A stretch of 64,000 nt of DNA from Haliotis rubra (GCF_003918875.1 NW_025765451.1:1-64000); one strand, 5' to 3'; positions 25,660 through 37,736 are shown, counted from the first letter of the stretch. Numbers and translations are program-made. The notes: generated from the sequence alone by a model not told the origin.

Positions 25660-27930
25660 GGATGTCAGCGTCTCTGTTGCCAGGTTCCTCATTGGATACC
25701 AGAGTTGGCATCCACTCATCCCCCACCCCCTTTGGTGAGTATCACTTGTAAAGGCCATTTAGACATTTTATGTTTAATCCAGACATTTGCGTTATTTAGA
25801 TCAGCAAGTACTCGACATGAACAATAAGGACAAGTGACCCTTTATCAAGAAAATAATGACTCCCGAGGCTGTTACACTTCAATAGAAGGATACCTAATCT
25901 ACCCCAACTTTTCTGCACAGTAAGTGTATGTTGAACCCTAAACAAACCTACAATTACAGAATGAGTTATGAGACGCAATTTGACACCTGAAGCTTTCCCA
26001 GTGAAATTAGTTGAACATAAGCCAAGTGAAAACCATTGATGCTTATATTGCTGCTGCAACGCTTCCGTTGATGATGTTGACATGGTTTATCACACACCGA
26101 GTTAATCAGTTAGATGTTAGCCCTCCTTCAATGTCCGAACTGAAAGAACTCTAGACGTATTCAGATCTCCGACATCTTCCAGGGACCTGTCATGCACAGA
26201 CATTGGGAAAATATCTGTGATCAATATTGAATGGTTTTAGAGTTGTGATCTGTAAACGAAATGATTCCAGACATTCCAATATGCTGCTGAAGAGTTCGTC
26301 TATTGTGTGGTGTACTGCGTCGTGGCCTGAGCAGACAACACTCTTTCTGATGACACATTAAGATTTTAATTTGTTCTAGTTTGTGTTTTAGTCTGTTACA
26401 GATCCCTTTTGGTATTGTAACATAAGAGGTCTAAAATGTGCATCAGATTATCAACATGGGCCCTGAGTGAGTGAGTGTGTGAGTGCTGTTTATGGCTGCC
26501 CCTTTCAGCAATATTCCATCGAGCCTTGTCAAAGGCATTGACCATGGACCACGCATCTACCATTTACTCACTAAAAGCGATGTTTACACTTCAATCCCAC
26601 TTATTCACGCACATCTGAAATCCATTCCGGATAAGATGGCTCTCAGGGGGACTCAGAGTAATAGTTTTAGTGAAAACAAATAATCCTGATGCATGTAGAC
26701 AGTATCTTGTGCCAGTTATGAATAAATGTGCACATGTAAGAGCACAACATATGCATAGTCAGCAGCCAAATATAAACGTCCCTCGAGTGTTGTACCGAAA
26801 AAACGTCATGAACAGTTCTTCGAAAAGTACTCTCTCGTGACATATTTGCTTTCCCCCAAACTAAGCTCCGTCTTTAGGAGGCCTCTAGACTGGTTCTGAT
26901 GTTCCACTCTCCTGACGTCGCGGATCAATGTGCAGCCCGTGGGTGAAGCTCGACCAGTCTGACATTGATTATCATGCAATTCCTTCTCACACTAATCTGC
27001 TGACAAACAGAAAGTTGTATTTTGGAGTTCGGAAATGAAAGACTGGCACGAACAGCACGTTTCTGTTTACCGAAATAAAAAAAGAGTCACCTACGCGAGT
27101 CAACATCGATCAGTTTTGTGTCAGGTGTATCTGTGATATATAGATATAAATATAGATATAGATATATAGATATATAGATATAGATATAGATATTATATTA
27201 CTCCCACATCCAGTGTTGTATTGGGTATAGGAGTCAGTGTGGTTGCAGAAGAACATTATCTATCTAATTGCTATGTGGTGAGCATCAGGATTCAAAGCAC
27301 GTTCATGTCTTCGATAAAACTAATTCCTTTTTTTAACCAAATTCCACTGTCGATGTCAACATAAATTTCTGAGGCTAATTCTCCACAGTTTCTATCTACA
27401 TGGGGGCGCTGAAGTAGCCTAATGGCTATTGTGTTCACTCATAAGGCCGTAGACCTGGGTTCGATTGCAAAAAGAGATTCAACCTGACATGCCAACTTCT
27501 GGTTTGTCGTCATATGTCTAGAAATGTTTATAAGATCTCACTCGGTCACTCACTCAACCGCTCATTCGCTCATGACCTTTATCTGTTCCCTAAAAATTGT
27601 CACATTCTTCAACGAATCAAACATAAATATTATTGCTCTAATTATCTGGATATGTTTATCAAGCACAAGAATTTGTTTACCTTCGTCTCTTGTATAATAT
27701 TAGAACAGCAAGACAAACACCGGATGGTGCTTTCATGTCGTGTTTTAATCGTTGTGCAAACACCACCTTGGATCTGTACAATTATGTTATCAATTAAACG
27801 ATACGTGACACTTACCAATTGAAGGATATTGTTTGCACGAACGCTGATGCTGGTCGATAATTCGGGTCAACTGTTCCACGTTAAAAGGAAAGTTCACGAC
27901 GCCCTGCTAAAACCGAGTAAAATGAAGCAT
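25660..27930 (+). pseudogene. cGLR-like pseudogene, type Y copy
   Basis: DDVDMVY near 26070, QHGP near 26455, DYHAIPSHTNLL near 26970 and terminal GYCLHE near 27825. Confidence 0.52.
27137..27193. repeat. (ATATAG)n microsatellite; (GT)n/(GCGT)n tracts at 24268-24348, 36626-36662, 40287-40341; (ACTC)n at 52948-52976
   Basis: Directly visible. Confidence 0.9.
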
Positions 27931-28936
27931 GATGCTCTCTTTGTAATTCAAATCATATCGGAGATAAATTTCACTTTTTGTATATGACGGAATTAACAAT
28001 ATTTGGCAAAATAATAATAATCCTATTTTAAGCAACGCCCCAAAAACGGAAAACAAATAACGTATATGTGTAACATATGTTCTCTTAACTGGTTCAATTC
28101 ATGTATAAACATAGTTTATTCTATTACCAGTCAATATGTATATATTACCATTCTGTGCATCATGCATGTGTGTAGCAGATGTAAGTTGTACATAATGATG
28201 ATGTAAACAGGTACCTCTACTGCAATCTTGTGGAACACAGTTTGGATGATAATATCATTTGCACCAAAACACAAAGAATGTTTTTTTCTACAGCTTTCAT
28301 CTGGAGACAGAATGTGAGGGAAATGAGTTTATGAGGTACATTCAGAGGTTTTCCCTACATCTGAAAAGCTATAGCACCCTTGTTCGGAGATGTGGACAAG
28401 ATTTTCCATCAAGAAAATGAGACAGGCCAGACAATGATGACCCCTGATTATGAAGGAAGGGGTTAGTTGTCTGAATAGAGATCGGATGGTCAGGCTGACT
28501 GACTCGGTTGATGCACATCATATCAAGCTTCTAAACACATAAACGAGCGCGTGCACGCGTACCCTTAGCACTAGCCATGAGATGAAAACTTAATGACATA
28601 TTATTCAGCACAATCAGCAGCATCATTACTTTAAATTATGTTTTTTAAAGCCAGTGAGATCGGATGGTCAGGCTCACTGATTCGGTAGATGCATATTGTT
28701 ACGAGAGTGTGTTTTTTGTAATTTGTAGTTGAGTTGGGTTGAGTTGAGTTGGGCTTTACGTCACATCGGCATTATTCCAGCCATATAGTGACGAGAACAA
28801 GTCTGCATTAATATACATTGTAAGTACAAAGTGGTTTCGTTTCAAAGACATACATTCATTACGTTGTCATTTTAGAACAGAGAATGTCATAGCACTAGAT
28901 TGAAAAGCAGATACATTCGTTATTGACATTACACAG

Positions 28937-31900
28937 TTACATTTTATGGTATAGATCGACTTCCCTCAGGTAGTTTAGTATCAGATGAGCGCTCACGCTG
29001 GAGAACAGATCTTTCAGATTGGTTGCGTGATAATGCGAGTCCCTTGCAGATGTAAACTCCACACAGTCAAGCAGAATATGCTTGACGGTGAGAGCCTCAT
29101 CGCAGGAGAGACATATGGGGGGTCCATCCCCATCTGTTTTTAGCAGATAGTCATGTGTAAACCGACTATGGCCAATACGACATCGTCGTAAAATTACTTC
29201 ATCACGTCTTGACTGGCAACCCAAGCAGGTATAACCGACTGTTGGCTTCAATTCATGGAGTTTGTTTCTTCCTACTTGGGTGTCCCACCTTTTTTGCATC
29301 AAGTCCCGAGTATAGCTTTGATAGTGGGTTTGAAATCACTGTACGGGATTAGCAGTGGAGATAGGGCTTTTCAAGAGCTGCTTTGCTGCAGCATCGGCCT
29401 TAGTGTTACCTGCTATGCCGACGTGACCCGGCAACCAGCAGAGGATGATGTCATATTGGCTAGTAGAAAGGTCGTTGTACGGTTCTAATATGTCCAGGAT
29501 GATTGGGTGACTTGAAGTCACGTTTAGAAGTGCTTGAAGGCAGGATAATGAATCTGTAAATACGATGAAGTTTTTGGACTGATTTTGCTGTTGAATGTAG
29601 GTCAGAGCTGAGAAGATAGCTTTGGCTTCAGCGGTGAAAATGGAACTGTTGTCGGGGATCCTAGAGGAGACAGTCTTGGCTCCACGACTGTAGCGCTGGC
29701 AACTTGGCCATCGTCCTTGGATCCGTCTGTGAAGATGGATCTATGAGTGTTATACTTCGAACGAAACTGGTTGTATTCCTGTTGGAACACCAAGGGATTT
29801 GTTTCAGACTTTTTGAGTTTGGTGAGGGTAAGATCGACCTGCGGTTTCACCATTTGCCATGGTGGTGAGGACAGAAGTCGGTAAGGCGCAATGATGTTGA
29901 GATAAATTTTAGCTGCAGATATGTGTGGTTTGATCCTTATTCCAAGTGGTGGAACCAGGCTTGGCAGTTTAGGAAATAAGTTTTCATAGAGCGGGTTGAA
30001 AACACAGTTGTATGCTGGATTGGACTCCATTTGAACGTAATTTAGTGATATACTGCAGTGAGAGTTTAATGCGGCGTTGTTCAAGGGAAGGTTCATTGGC
30101 CTCCGCATATAGACTGTCTACCGGAGAGGTCCTAAAAGCTCCCAGGCAGAGCCTTAGTCCTTGGTGGTGGATAGAGTCTAATTTTTCTAAATTGCTTTTT
30201 GCAGGCTCCACCGTAGACAATGGAGCCATAATCCAGTTTACTGCGGACTAATGATCTGTACAGGTGAAGGAGGGTGGTCTGATCCCCTCCCCACTCTGTA
30301 TTTGAAACTACTTTTAGCAAGTCTAAAGCCTTCAGGCACTTTGTTTTCACATATTTTATGTGTGGTAAGAATGTCAGGTGGCGGTCGAATATGAGTCCAA
30401 GGAATTTGGCCTCTTCTACTACTTTGATGGGAGTACCATCTAAAGTTAGGTCTGGATCCTAGTGTGGTTTGTATTTACGACAAAAGTGAATACAATTCGT
30501 TTTGGATTTTGAAAACCTAAAACCATTTTCATTGGCCCATTTTTGGATTTTGTTAAGGCAGAGTTGTAGCTGCCTTTCTGTTGCGTGCATGTTCTTACCA
30601 CGACATGAAATATTGAAGTCATCGACGAAAAGGGACCCATCAACGCAACTGTTCAGAACGTTAGTGAGGCTGTTAATTTTGATGCTAAAAAGTGTGACAG
30701 ACAGGATGCTGCCTTGGGGGACGCCCTGATCTTGGTGGAAGTAATCAGACAGTGTGGAACCCACCCGAACTTGGAATTGTCTGTTATTTAGAAACCGAGA
30801 TATGAATTGAGGTAGTCTACCCCTCAATCCAAACTCGTGTAAATCTTTTAGGATACCATGTTTCCATGTTGTATCATATGCTTTTTCTAAGTCGAAAAAG
30901 ATAGATACTGCATGTTGTTTGTTGACAATGGAGTTTTTGATGAATGCTTCCAGACGCACCAGATGGTCAATGGTACTTCGGTTTTTTCGGAAACCACATT
31001 GGAGGTCACTGAGGAGGTTATTGGTCTCCAAGTACCAGATTAATCGATTGTTGACCATGCGCTCCATGGTTTTGCAAACACAGCTAGTTAGTGATATAGG
31101 ACGGTAGTTTGAGGGATCAGTATGGTCGCGACCTGGTTTTGGTATAGGGATGATGATGGCATTGTGCCACGAAGGGGGGAAGTGTCCGGATGTCCAGATG
31201 TCATCAAATATATTTAGGAGTGTTTCCAAGCCTATGTCAGGGAGGTGTTTCAGAAGCTGATAATGGATTTCATCAGCTCCTGTCGCAGTGTCGTGAGCCT
31301 GTCCTAGGGCAGTACGTAATTCATGGAGGGAAAACGTTTCGTTGTAATCCCCCCCATTATCAGAGTTAAAATTGACTGGTTTCTGTTCTTGTTGGGTTTG
31401 ATATTTCTGGAACTGAGGGTTATAATTTGATGAGGAGGAGTGGTTTGCCAAAGTTTCGCCTAGTTTGTTTGCAATTTCAGATTTATTTGTTAGAAGGGAG
31501 TCGCCATCTTTCAGGTGGTGAACTCCTGATTTTGACCCTTTGCCCTTGATCCTTTGAATCATGTTCCACACCTTGGACATGGGTGTGCGGGAGTTGATTT
31601 TGGACACATATTTCCTCCATGAGCGGCGTTTAGTTTGTTTGAAGGTACGTTTTGCTCTGGCATTTGTCATTTTAACAGCATTCAGGTTATGCACTGTCGG
31701 ATGTTGTCGGAAATATTTTTCCGCCTTCTTCCTATTTTTCCTAGCTTGTTTGCAGTTTGTATCAAACCATGGTTTACGTATGTGCGGGTTTGCAGAGGAC
31801 TTAGGAATAGTTTTGTCTCCGATGGCATTTAGGACGTCTGAAAATAGTTCCATGGGGTCAGGAACATTCCTGAAGTTGTCCGGCTTAAGTTTTCTGAACA

Positions 31901-32300
31901 TAGGGTTTGGAATAAAGGCCAGTTGGCCTTAGTAAAATTCCATCTTGTTGATGGTGGTTCATCCGTGGGGTTGATAGGAGTAAGAATTGTTGGGAAGTGG
32001 TCGCTTCCGCAAAGGTCGTCATGGACCGACCATTCGAACTCATTTAAAAGATTAGATTCTGTAAGTGATAGATCGAGAGCAGAGTATGATCCAGTGGCAG
32101 GATGGAGGTAGGTGTTTGATCCATCGTTGAAGATGCATACATCATTATTGGAGAGAAACTCTTCAAGGATCTTTCCCTTACTATTTGTATCATTACTCCC
32201 CCATAGGGGGTTATGGCCGTTGAAGTCGCCCATGATTATGCAGGGCTTTGGGAGTTGATGTTATAAGTTCTGAAGATCTGATAGGCGGACAGTTGAGGTG
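28937..32300 (-). pseudogene. LINE ORF2 (APE C-half, reverse transcriptase, RNase H, CCHC), broken by several frameshifts and a stop
   Basis: MGDFNGHN and GSDHFP (APE); YRPISL, FFDLEKAYD, GVPQGSILS and FVDD (RT); FTDGSK and WLPGHVGIAGNTKADAAAK (RNase H); CLSCDEALTVKHILLDC. Confidence 0.93.
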
Positions 32301-33249
32301 GGAGGGAGATAGAGGGAGATGGAGATGGAGTGGCTGAGATAGGCTGAGTTGTGTTGAGTTCAGTTGGCTGGGAAGACGTGACCCATGTCAGGTCGGTCTG
32401 ACATGAGATGGTTGCAGTAGTGATGGTAGGACGGGAGACAGCAGCAGAGTAGGTGATGGTTGCTTCGTGAAAGGAGATATTTTCTTTGTGTTTTATCTTC
32501 AGTATCTCGGATTCGCGTTTCCATACTGGGCAGAACTTGGAAGAGGCCATATGGTTACCACCGCAGTTTGTGCACTTCACTTCCTTAGTACAGTCGTTGC
32601 CCTCATGCTTGTCACCACAGCGGTAACAGACAGCAGAGGAACGACAGGACTTGGATCCATGTCCAAACTTTTGGCAGTTGTAGCACCGGAGTGGATTGGG
32701 GACATACACCTCCACACCAATGCCACAATAACCAGCTCTAATCGAGTCAGGAATGTTTGCTCGCGCGAACGTGAAGAGATAGGTGTTCGTTGGTTGAACA
32801 ACACCATCCTTTTTAAAGGTAAATCGTTTGACGGCTGTGACGGATTGCTGAGAGAGTTCCTTGACAATTTGTTCTTCAGTCATGTCAGACAGGCATCGAG
32901 CTCTGTCCCGTACAATGCCTCTACACGAATTAAGGGTTTTGTGTGCTGAGACAGCGACCTTGATATTTACAAATTCTTGTATTTTGAGAAGATTTACAGA
33001 TTGGTGTTTCCGGGTACATTCTATCAAGAGAGAGCCAGATCGGAGCTTTGTGACATTGGCAACCTCTCGGCAGATACCAGCGATACCTTTGGAGATTGCA
33101 AAAGGGTTCAATTGCAAAGGTTGCTTGTCACAAGCCTCAATAATCAGGAAGCGTGGCCAGTAGTCAGGTCGGGGGGGCGTACTCTCGTCAGATGAGGAAT
33201 TGTCGGTATCCATATGTCTTCGTTTTGAACCGGGGTATTGGGAAGACAT
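32236..33249 (-). CDS. LINE ORF1 (gag-like nucleic-acid-binding protein); C-terminus fused by deletion into the endonuclease region
   Basis: YVPNPLRCYNCQKFGHGSKSC, CYRCGDKHEGNDC and CTNCGGNHMASSKFC zinc knuckles. Confidence 0.88.
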   Translation of the reverse strand: MSSQYPGSKRRHMDTDNSSSDESTPPRPDYWPRFLIIEACDKQPLQLNPFAISKGIAGICREVANVTKLRSGSLLIECTRKHQSVNLLKIQEFVNIKVAVSAHKTLNSCRGIVRDRARCLSDMTEEQIVKELSQQSVTAVKRFTFKKDGVVQPTNTYLFTFARANIPDSIRAGYCGIGVEVYVPNPLRCYNCQKFGHGSKSCRSSAVCYRCGDKHEGNDCTKEVKCTNCGGNHMASSKFCPVWKRESEILKIKHKENISFHEATITYSAAVSRPTITTATISCQTDLTWVTSSQPTELNTTQPISATPSPSPSISLPPQLSAYQIFRTYNINSQSPA

Positions 33250-34621
33250 GTTGTGGGTAATGTGGTTCGACATCCCCTCTCCCCACCCACCGTGGAGTGT
33301 CAACAAGGACGATCTTATATTGCAGCGGGTCTCCGAGCTGCAAAGACCAGGGATAAGGGGATGTTATACTCCAGCGAATTTGACATGAAATGCTGTAGCT
33401 GCCTACCAGATTAAAGGTCAGGATGGTTCTGTCCATGACAATCAATTGGAGACGTACAGAAATCGGAGGTAGGCATCACCAGATTGGCCCATGAGCCACC
33501 GCCTTCTGTGCATGGGTCTGCTAGGCTAATTTGTTTCGTAGAATAGTGTTAACATTTTGAACATGGTCAAAAGTGTTATGTAATACCACGTTTTGTATAG
33601 ACATTCCATGCACAGGGCAAGGCGTGACCAGCCGATTGGTAGAATCGGGCCTATTCTACCACCCGTCTAGGCAAAGTTAGGGTCGAAGTGGTGTGTTGGA
33701 TTAGTGAACACTATTGCCGGTTCCATCATCCTCAACCACCAGACTCCCCTTCCTCTGCCGACACAGGGATGCAACCCACGGCAAACGGGTTGCCCAATTT
33801 GGTCGCCTCTTACGACCAGCAATGGGGTGCTGTGGACCTATTTGACCCCGGGTCCACACAGGGGCGAAGAGCCATAGGCGTTACCCAGCACCCACAACGA
33901 GGAGGTTGCTCTTCAAGGGGGTGCCTTGTAATTTGTAATAACATTGGTTAGGTGATAGTTATTATTAGTCACAATGTTTAAAGTTTTGAGTGTGGGTTGT
34001 GGGTCGCATTTTGCCTCATATATGTTCAATGGTAATAGAAATATATCGGCACGCCTTTTGGGATAGCGATCCAGAGTTACCTCCCTCGACCGGTTGTTTA
34101 TGTGTTGACTTCGTCATGTCGTGGAGTTTTCCACAGATTTCGGGAAAGTTCTAAGAGAATAATGATACAGCCTCGTTTTGCTCGAATGTTCAAGAATCTG
34201 TGCCAGTATATATAAAGGCTGGTTGTTGTGTTGGCACACACGGACTGACACACGGAATTACACGGGACTTTTCATGTCACTGGAGTTGCCTACCATCGTT
34301 GTTTGCCTTCGTCAACATAGTCTGACCCTGACACTTCGTGCCTGACTGCTCTTAATTGTAAATAAGCTTCATTTAGAATATCTGATCTCACTGTAATTAC
34401 CAAAGCTCGTGGTGAGTTGATATTTTATATTTGTGACTCAGAACTTTAGATTTGTGACTCAATTGCATTGTACTAGAAATCTGTATTGTGATTCATTGTA
34501 TCTTGCTCATTGTTTTTTCAATGTATTATTGAATATTTTAGACTTGTCTGTGTTATATTTTGCTGGTTCAAAGGGGATTCTTAAACCTTTTGTCACGGCA
34601 ATTGATTAACTGAAACAAAAT

Positions 34622-34639
34622 TAGGGGCTCGTCCGGGAT
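34622..34639 (+). promoter_or_regulatory. Primer-binding site, tRNA-Pro type
   Basis: taggggctcgtccgggat is one mismatch from the canonical TGGGGGCTCGTCCGGGAT and lies just after the LTR end. Confidence 0.8.
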
Positions 34640-34778
34640 CGAATTCATTTGACATTTGAGACCTTTTGTGAAATATATTTCAAATTTCTGCAATTTTGTG
34701 AAACCAGCAAAATGGTGTTTGAACTTGAGAAGTTTCTTGAATCCCCTACCCCTGAGACAGTCAGTAGATTGCACAAAT

Positions 34779-34960
34779 CCTTTTCTGGCTCCGTCAGACT
34801 TTCATCTGTTCCCAAACATGAAGAAAACTTTTTCCTGTGTCAATTCGAACGATGATGTCATCGTATAAGTGGTGACTTTTGAAAAGATCAAGAGAAAGAC
34901 TCAATGTAAACAATTCCCTCCAACAGCCATGGCAAAAGCATCAGTGTGGAAAGGGAAATA
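34779..34960 (+). mobile_element. Mariner transposase relic (paralogous copy about 55500-55690)
   Basis: LAPSDFHLFPNMKK...DDVI, the mariner SPDLAPSD catalytic motif. Confidence 0.78.
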
Positions 34961-35159
34961 ATTCATCTTGGTATCTGTAGGTCATGTTTTTCTATGTGAA
35001 GGTAAATCACCTTATCAATCAACTTATTTAATCCATACAAGAGAAAAAGTTACTACAGCCTACCTTGGAGAATTTAATTTACGAAAGTTTTCTGGCACAT
35101 AATATTCTTGCAATCCCAACCCCACACCATGACTTAATGGCAGGAATGAAAAATTGTCA

Positions 35160-36260
35160 AGTCTACCATCAACCCTTCACATGTTGTTCAGCCCTCTGGT
35201 ACCTCTGAAAGGATAAAATTAAATTATACGATCTCCAACTGGTGTCAACTTTTTAGTCATCTCAAGGGGGCGATATGGAAGCAGAAAAAGGAAATTTAAC
35301 TTTACCAAAGAGCGATGAGACTTCCCAACCGAGTTCACAATGAGTAAAAACAAGAAAGGAGTCATTCCGTCTCTAAATATTAACCTCACAACACAAATGA
35401 GTGTCCGTGAGCTGATCTCCAAGGTTTCAGCAAACGTCAGTTTTTAGTGCTCCAACTGTGATTATGTTTAATATATTCTTGCACCATCTCCATTAAATGG
35501 GCGATACCAGATAGTCGTACTTCCAGTAGCTTAATTACGACTTGAATCAAGATCAATGAATGGACAAACTACTAAGGTAATAACAAAGGTCAGATGATGC
35601 TGAGGGTAAAGGTGGGATTATTCATGATTATAATTTATTTACCAACATAAAGGGCAGCTAGAATTCATTGTTGATTGAAACGAATGCACGTACATGACCA
35701 CTTAGAATACTTGCATGTTCTTGTTACGATGCTTGCATGCACTGAGAGTTCATGGCCATTTAGAATGCTTGCATGCACTGAGAGCAAATGACAACTTAAA
35801 ATGTTTGCATGCAATGAGAGTAAAAACCTCTCGTGATGCTTTCAATCGCATATGAAATATTCAGTTAGAGGTAAAACGGAGAACGGAGAATGGAGAACGA
35901 TGGCGTCTGGCTCACATATATCAGTAGCTACTGTTTCTCGTCACTTATATCATTCTGTTGAGTTTTCCTCAGTCAGAACTTTGACCTCCATGTTCTCCTG
36001 ACATGAGTGCCCTTGGGTATTCAGGGTCACGTCAAGCCCAAGATGTAATCGTCGTAAGGGGTCGACTAAATGGGAATGCGCTGTTACTGCTGATGTTGAT
36101 TGCAGATAATTAGTGTATGGGTTCGCCCTGCAATGTGATCGAGTGGGCTGTTTGTGTTTTACAACAGTCGGGCTGGCGTCAGCACTATCAAAATGGGATA
36201 TTAGCGAATGAATGCTGTTTATTGCCGCTTCTAAAACCATTCGAGAAATGTTACGGTGGA
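35160..36260 (+). pseudogene. Two C-terminal-like fragments of cGLR-type genes (paralogous at 1-1330 -, 9780-10870 -, 55895-56750 +)
   Basis: SVEF....HECPW and AVTADVD..LVYGFALQC..VG....AL patterns loosely resemble the helical tail of molluscan Mab-21 proteins. The four-copy homology is directly visible. Confidence 0.35.
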
Positions 36261-36264
36261 CATG

Positions 36265-36430
36265 GGTCAGTAGAGTAGCCTAGTGGTTAAAGCGTTTGCT
36301 CGTCACGCCGAAGACCCGAGTTCGATTCCCCACATGGGTACAATGTGTGAAGCCCATTTCTGGTGTCCCCTGCCGTGATATGGCTGGAATGTTGCTAAAA
36401 GCGGCGTTAAACCATACTCACTCACTCACT
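36265..36430 (+). mobile_element. Short tRNA-derived SINE family B; other copies about 11697-11855 +, 61712-61852 -, 61985-62135 +, with heads near 27403 and 52822
   Basis: A box tagcctagtgg, B box gttcgattccc, tail gctggaatgttgctaaaagcggcgttaaac plus (actc)n. Confidence 0.85.
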
Positions 36431-36624
36431 TTCTGGGGAAGGGAATTAAATAGTCTGTATCATACAAACTATGGTCGATCACGTGAGGAGAGCTGGCTAG
36501 CTATCAAGGCTAGCTATCAGTTTTGCAAAGCGATCGTAACGGTAAGACTGATGTTCAAGTATTCGACCTACGGCGGTCGCATATTGATCTTCAGATTCTG
36601 TGTGGTACCTATTTCGATCAGTTT

Positions 36625-36661
<37 letters not shown>

Positions 36662-36665
<4 letters not shown>

Positions 36666-36805
36666 GCAATATTCCAGCTAATATCTACATAATCGTGTCA
36701 GACCACACAATCCAGTGATCAACATCATGAGCATCGATCTTCGCAGTTGGGATACGATGACGGTTGTCAGCGAAGTCAGCGAGCCTCACCAGCCGATACG
36801 CGCCT
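36662..36805 (-). mobile_element. SINE-like family C fragment; also about 1735-1920 -, 28478-28522 +, 28656-28696 +, 56752-56915 -, 62640-62810 +
   Basis: Recurring body tatcccaa..gatcgatgctcatgatgttgatcactggattg..tggtc with the same gctggaatattg-type tail. Confidence 0.7.
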
Positions 36806-37069
36806 GATCATCCGCTCTCCGTAGAAGATTTATCCATGCATTTCGACACGGTATGATTTCAAGGTAGGCTAACGTGAGATTTTAGATTTTGAAACTGAAA
36901 AGGAAAGAAAATCTAAACTTACTTCATGGACTTGTGAATGAGGCGGATGGGAAAATGTTCTTATTCTGGGACTGTGAGACTGTGACGAGGGTGTTTCACC
37001 TTTGAAATTAGTATAAACGAATGGTATCGGTAGTCTGGTCGGTGCCTGTGGTAGTGTACGTGTTGTGTA

Positions 37070-37185
37070 TAGTTGTGTCATAGGTTTGTGTATGGTTGGG
37101 TTATAGGATTGTGTAGGGTTGTCGATGGTTTTGTTATAGGGTAGTGTAGGGTTGTGTTATAGGGTTGTGAAGGGTTGTGTGGGAG
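37070..37185. repeat. G/T-rich simple repeat (tagggttgtg-like); paralog at 57165-57285
   Basis: Directly visible. Confidence 0.75.
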
Positions 37186-37736
37186 TCACTGAACACACCG
37201 GCAACTAGAATTCATTGTTGACTGAACGCACGGACTGAATGTACATGAATGATTGATTACATTCACTGAGAGCACACGACCTCTTACAATACTTGGATAC
37301 ACTGGGAACATTTGACAACTTACTGACAGCTGACGTATGAACACTGCAATCATTTTCATTTTGCTATTCAATGAGGAACGTTATAGGACGGCTGACTTCA
37401 AAGTTCTGAATCTCCCATAGAAGTGTGAGTGAGTTACCAAATGCTTAACGGCAATATTTCAACCATATCGTGACTCGAACAAATTTGATATGATAAGGAA
37501 TTTATGTATACGATAAAACCGCTCGTCAATGGACAACAACTAAAGCATGCCAGTTAGAAGAATTAAAACTAGCATGTAACGTTAACATAATAGCACTATA
37601 TGGACAATAAACAACATAAAAACGGGCTACAGATCGTCAGCATCTGAAGGTAGATCACCATTCTAGGGACCATGGGGACTTACAGCACTTTTGCAACCTG
37701 GATGGACGCTTACGACAGGATAATGTGCCATGATGT

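Larger units (their letters stand above)
28728..33925 (-). mobile_element. Non-LTR retrotransposon (LINE), I group (Nimb/I-like) with RNase H, 5'-complete
   Basis: 12-bp TSD ttgtaatttgta at 28716-28727 and 33926-33937; (AACTC)n tail. ORF1 has three CCHC knuckles; ORF2 has APE, RT, RNase H and a C-terminal CCHC. Confidence 0.95.
28697..34778 (+). mobile_element. Truncated Gypsy LTR retrotransposon: 5' LTR (interrupted by the LINE), PBS and gag start
   Basis: LTR starts tgttacg at 28697, resumes at 33938 and ends tgaaaca at 34617. It is followed by taggggctcgtccgggat and MVFELEKFLESPTPETVSRLHK from 34712. Confidence 0.82.
34779..37206. repeat. Segmental duplicate of about 55505-57306
   Basis: Colinear similarity ending at tcactgaacacaccggcaact in both copies; the second copy lacks about 36000-36660. 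Confidence 0.9.

Noticed and set aside
2950-27300. Endogenous virus or Polinton as the identity of the repeated unit
   Set aside because: No polymerase, integrase, capsid or ATPase motifs and no TIRs were found; the unit contains host-type SINE and mariner relics.
30502-33388. Multiple plus-strand ORFs of 60-160 aa
   Set aside because: Antisense shadows of the LINE ORFs.
37070-37185. Interstitial telomere
   Set aside because: Only tagggt-like variants, with no (TTAGGG)n run.
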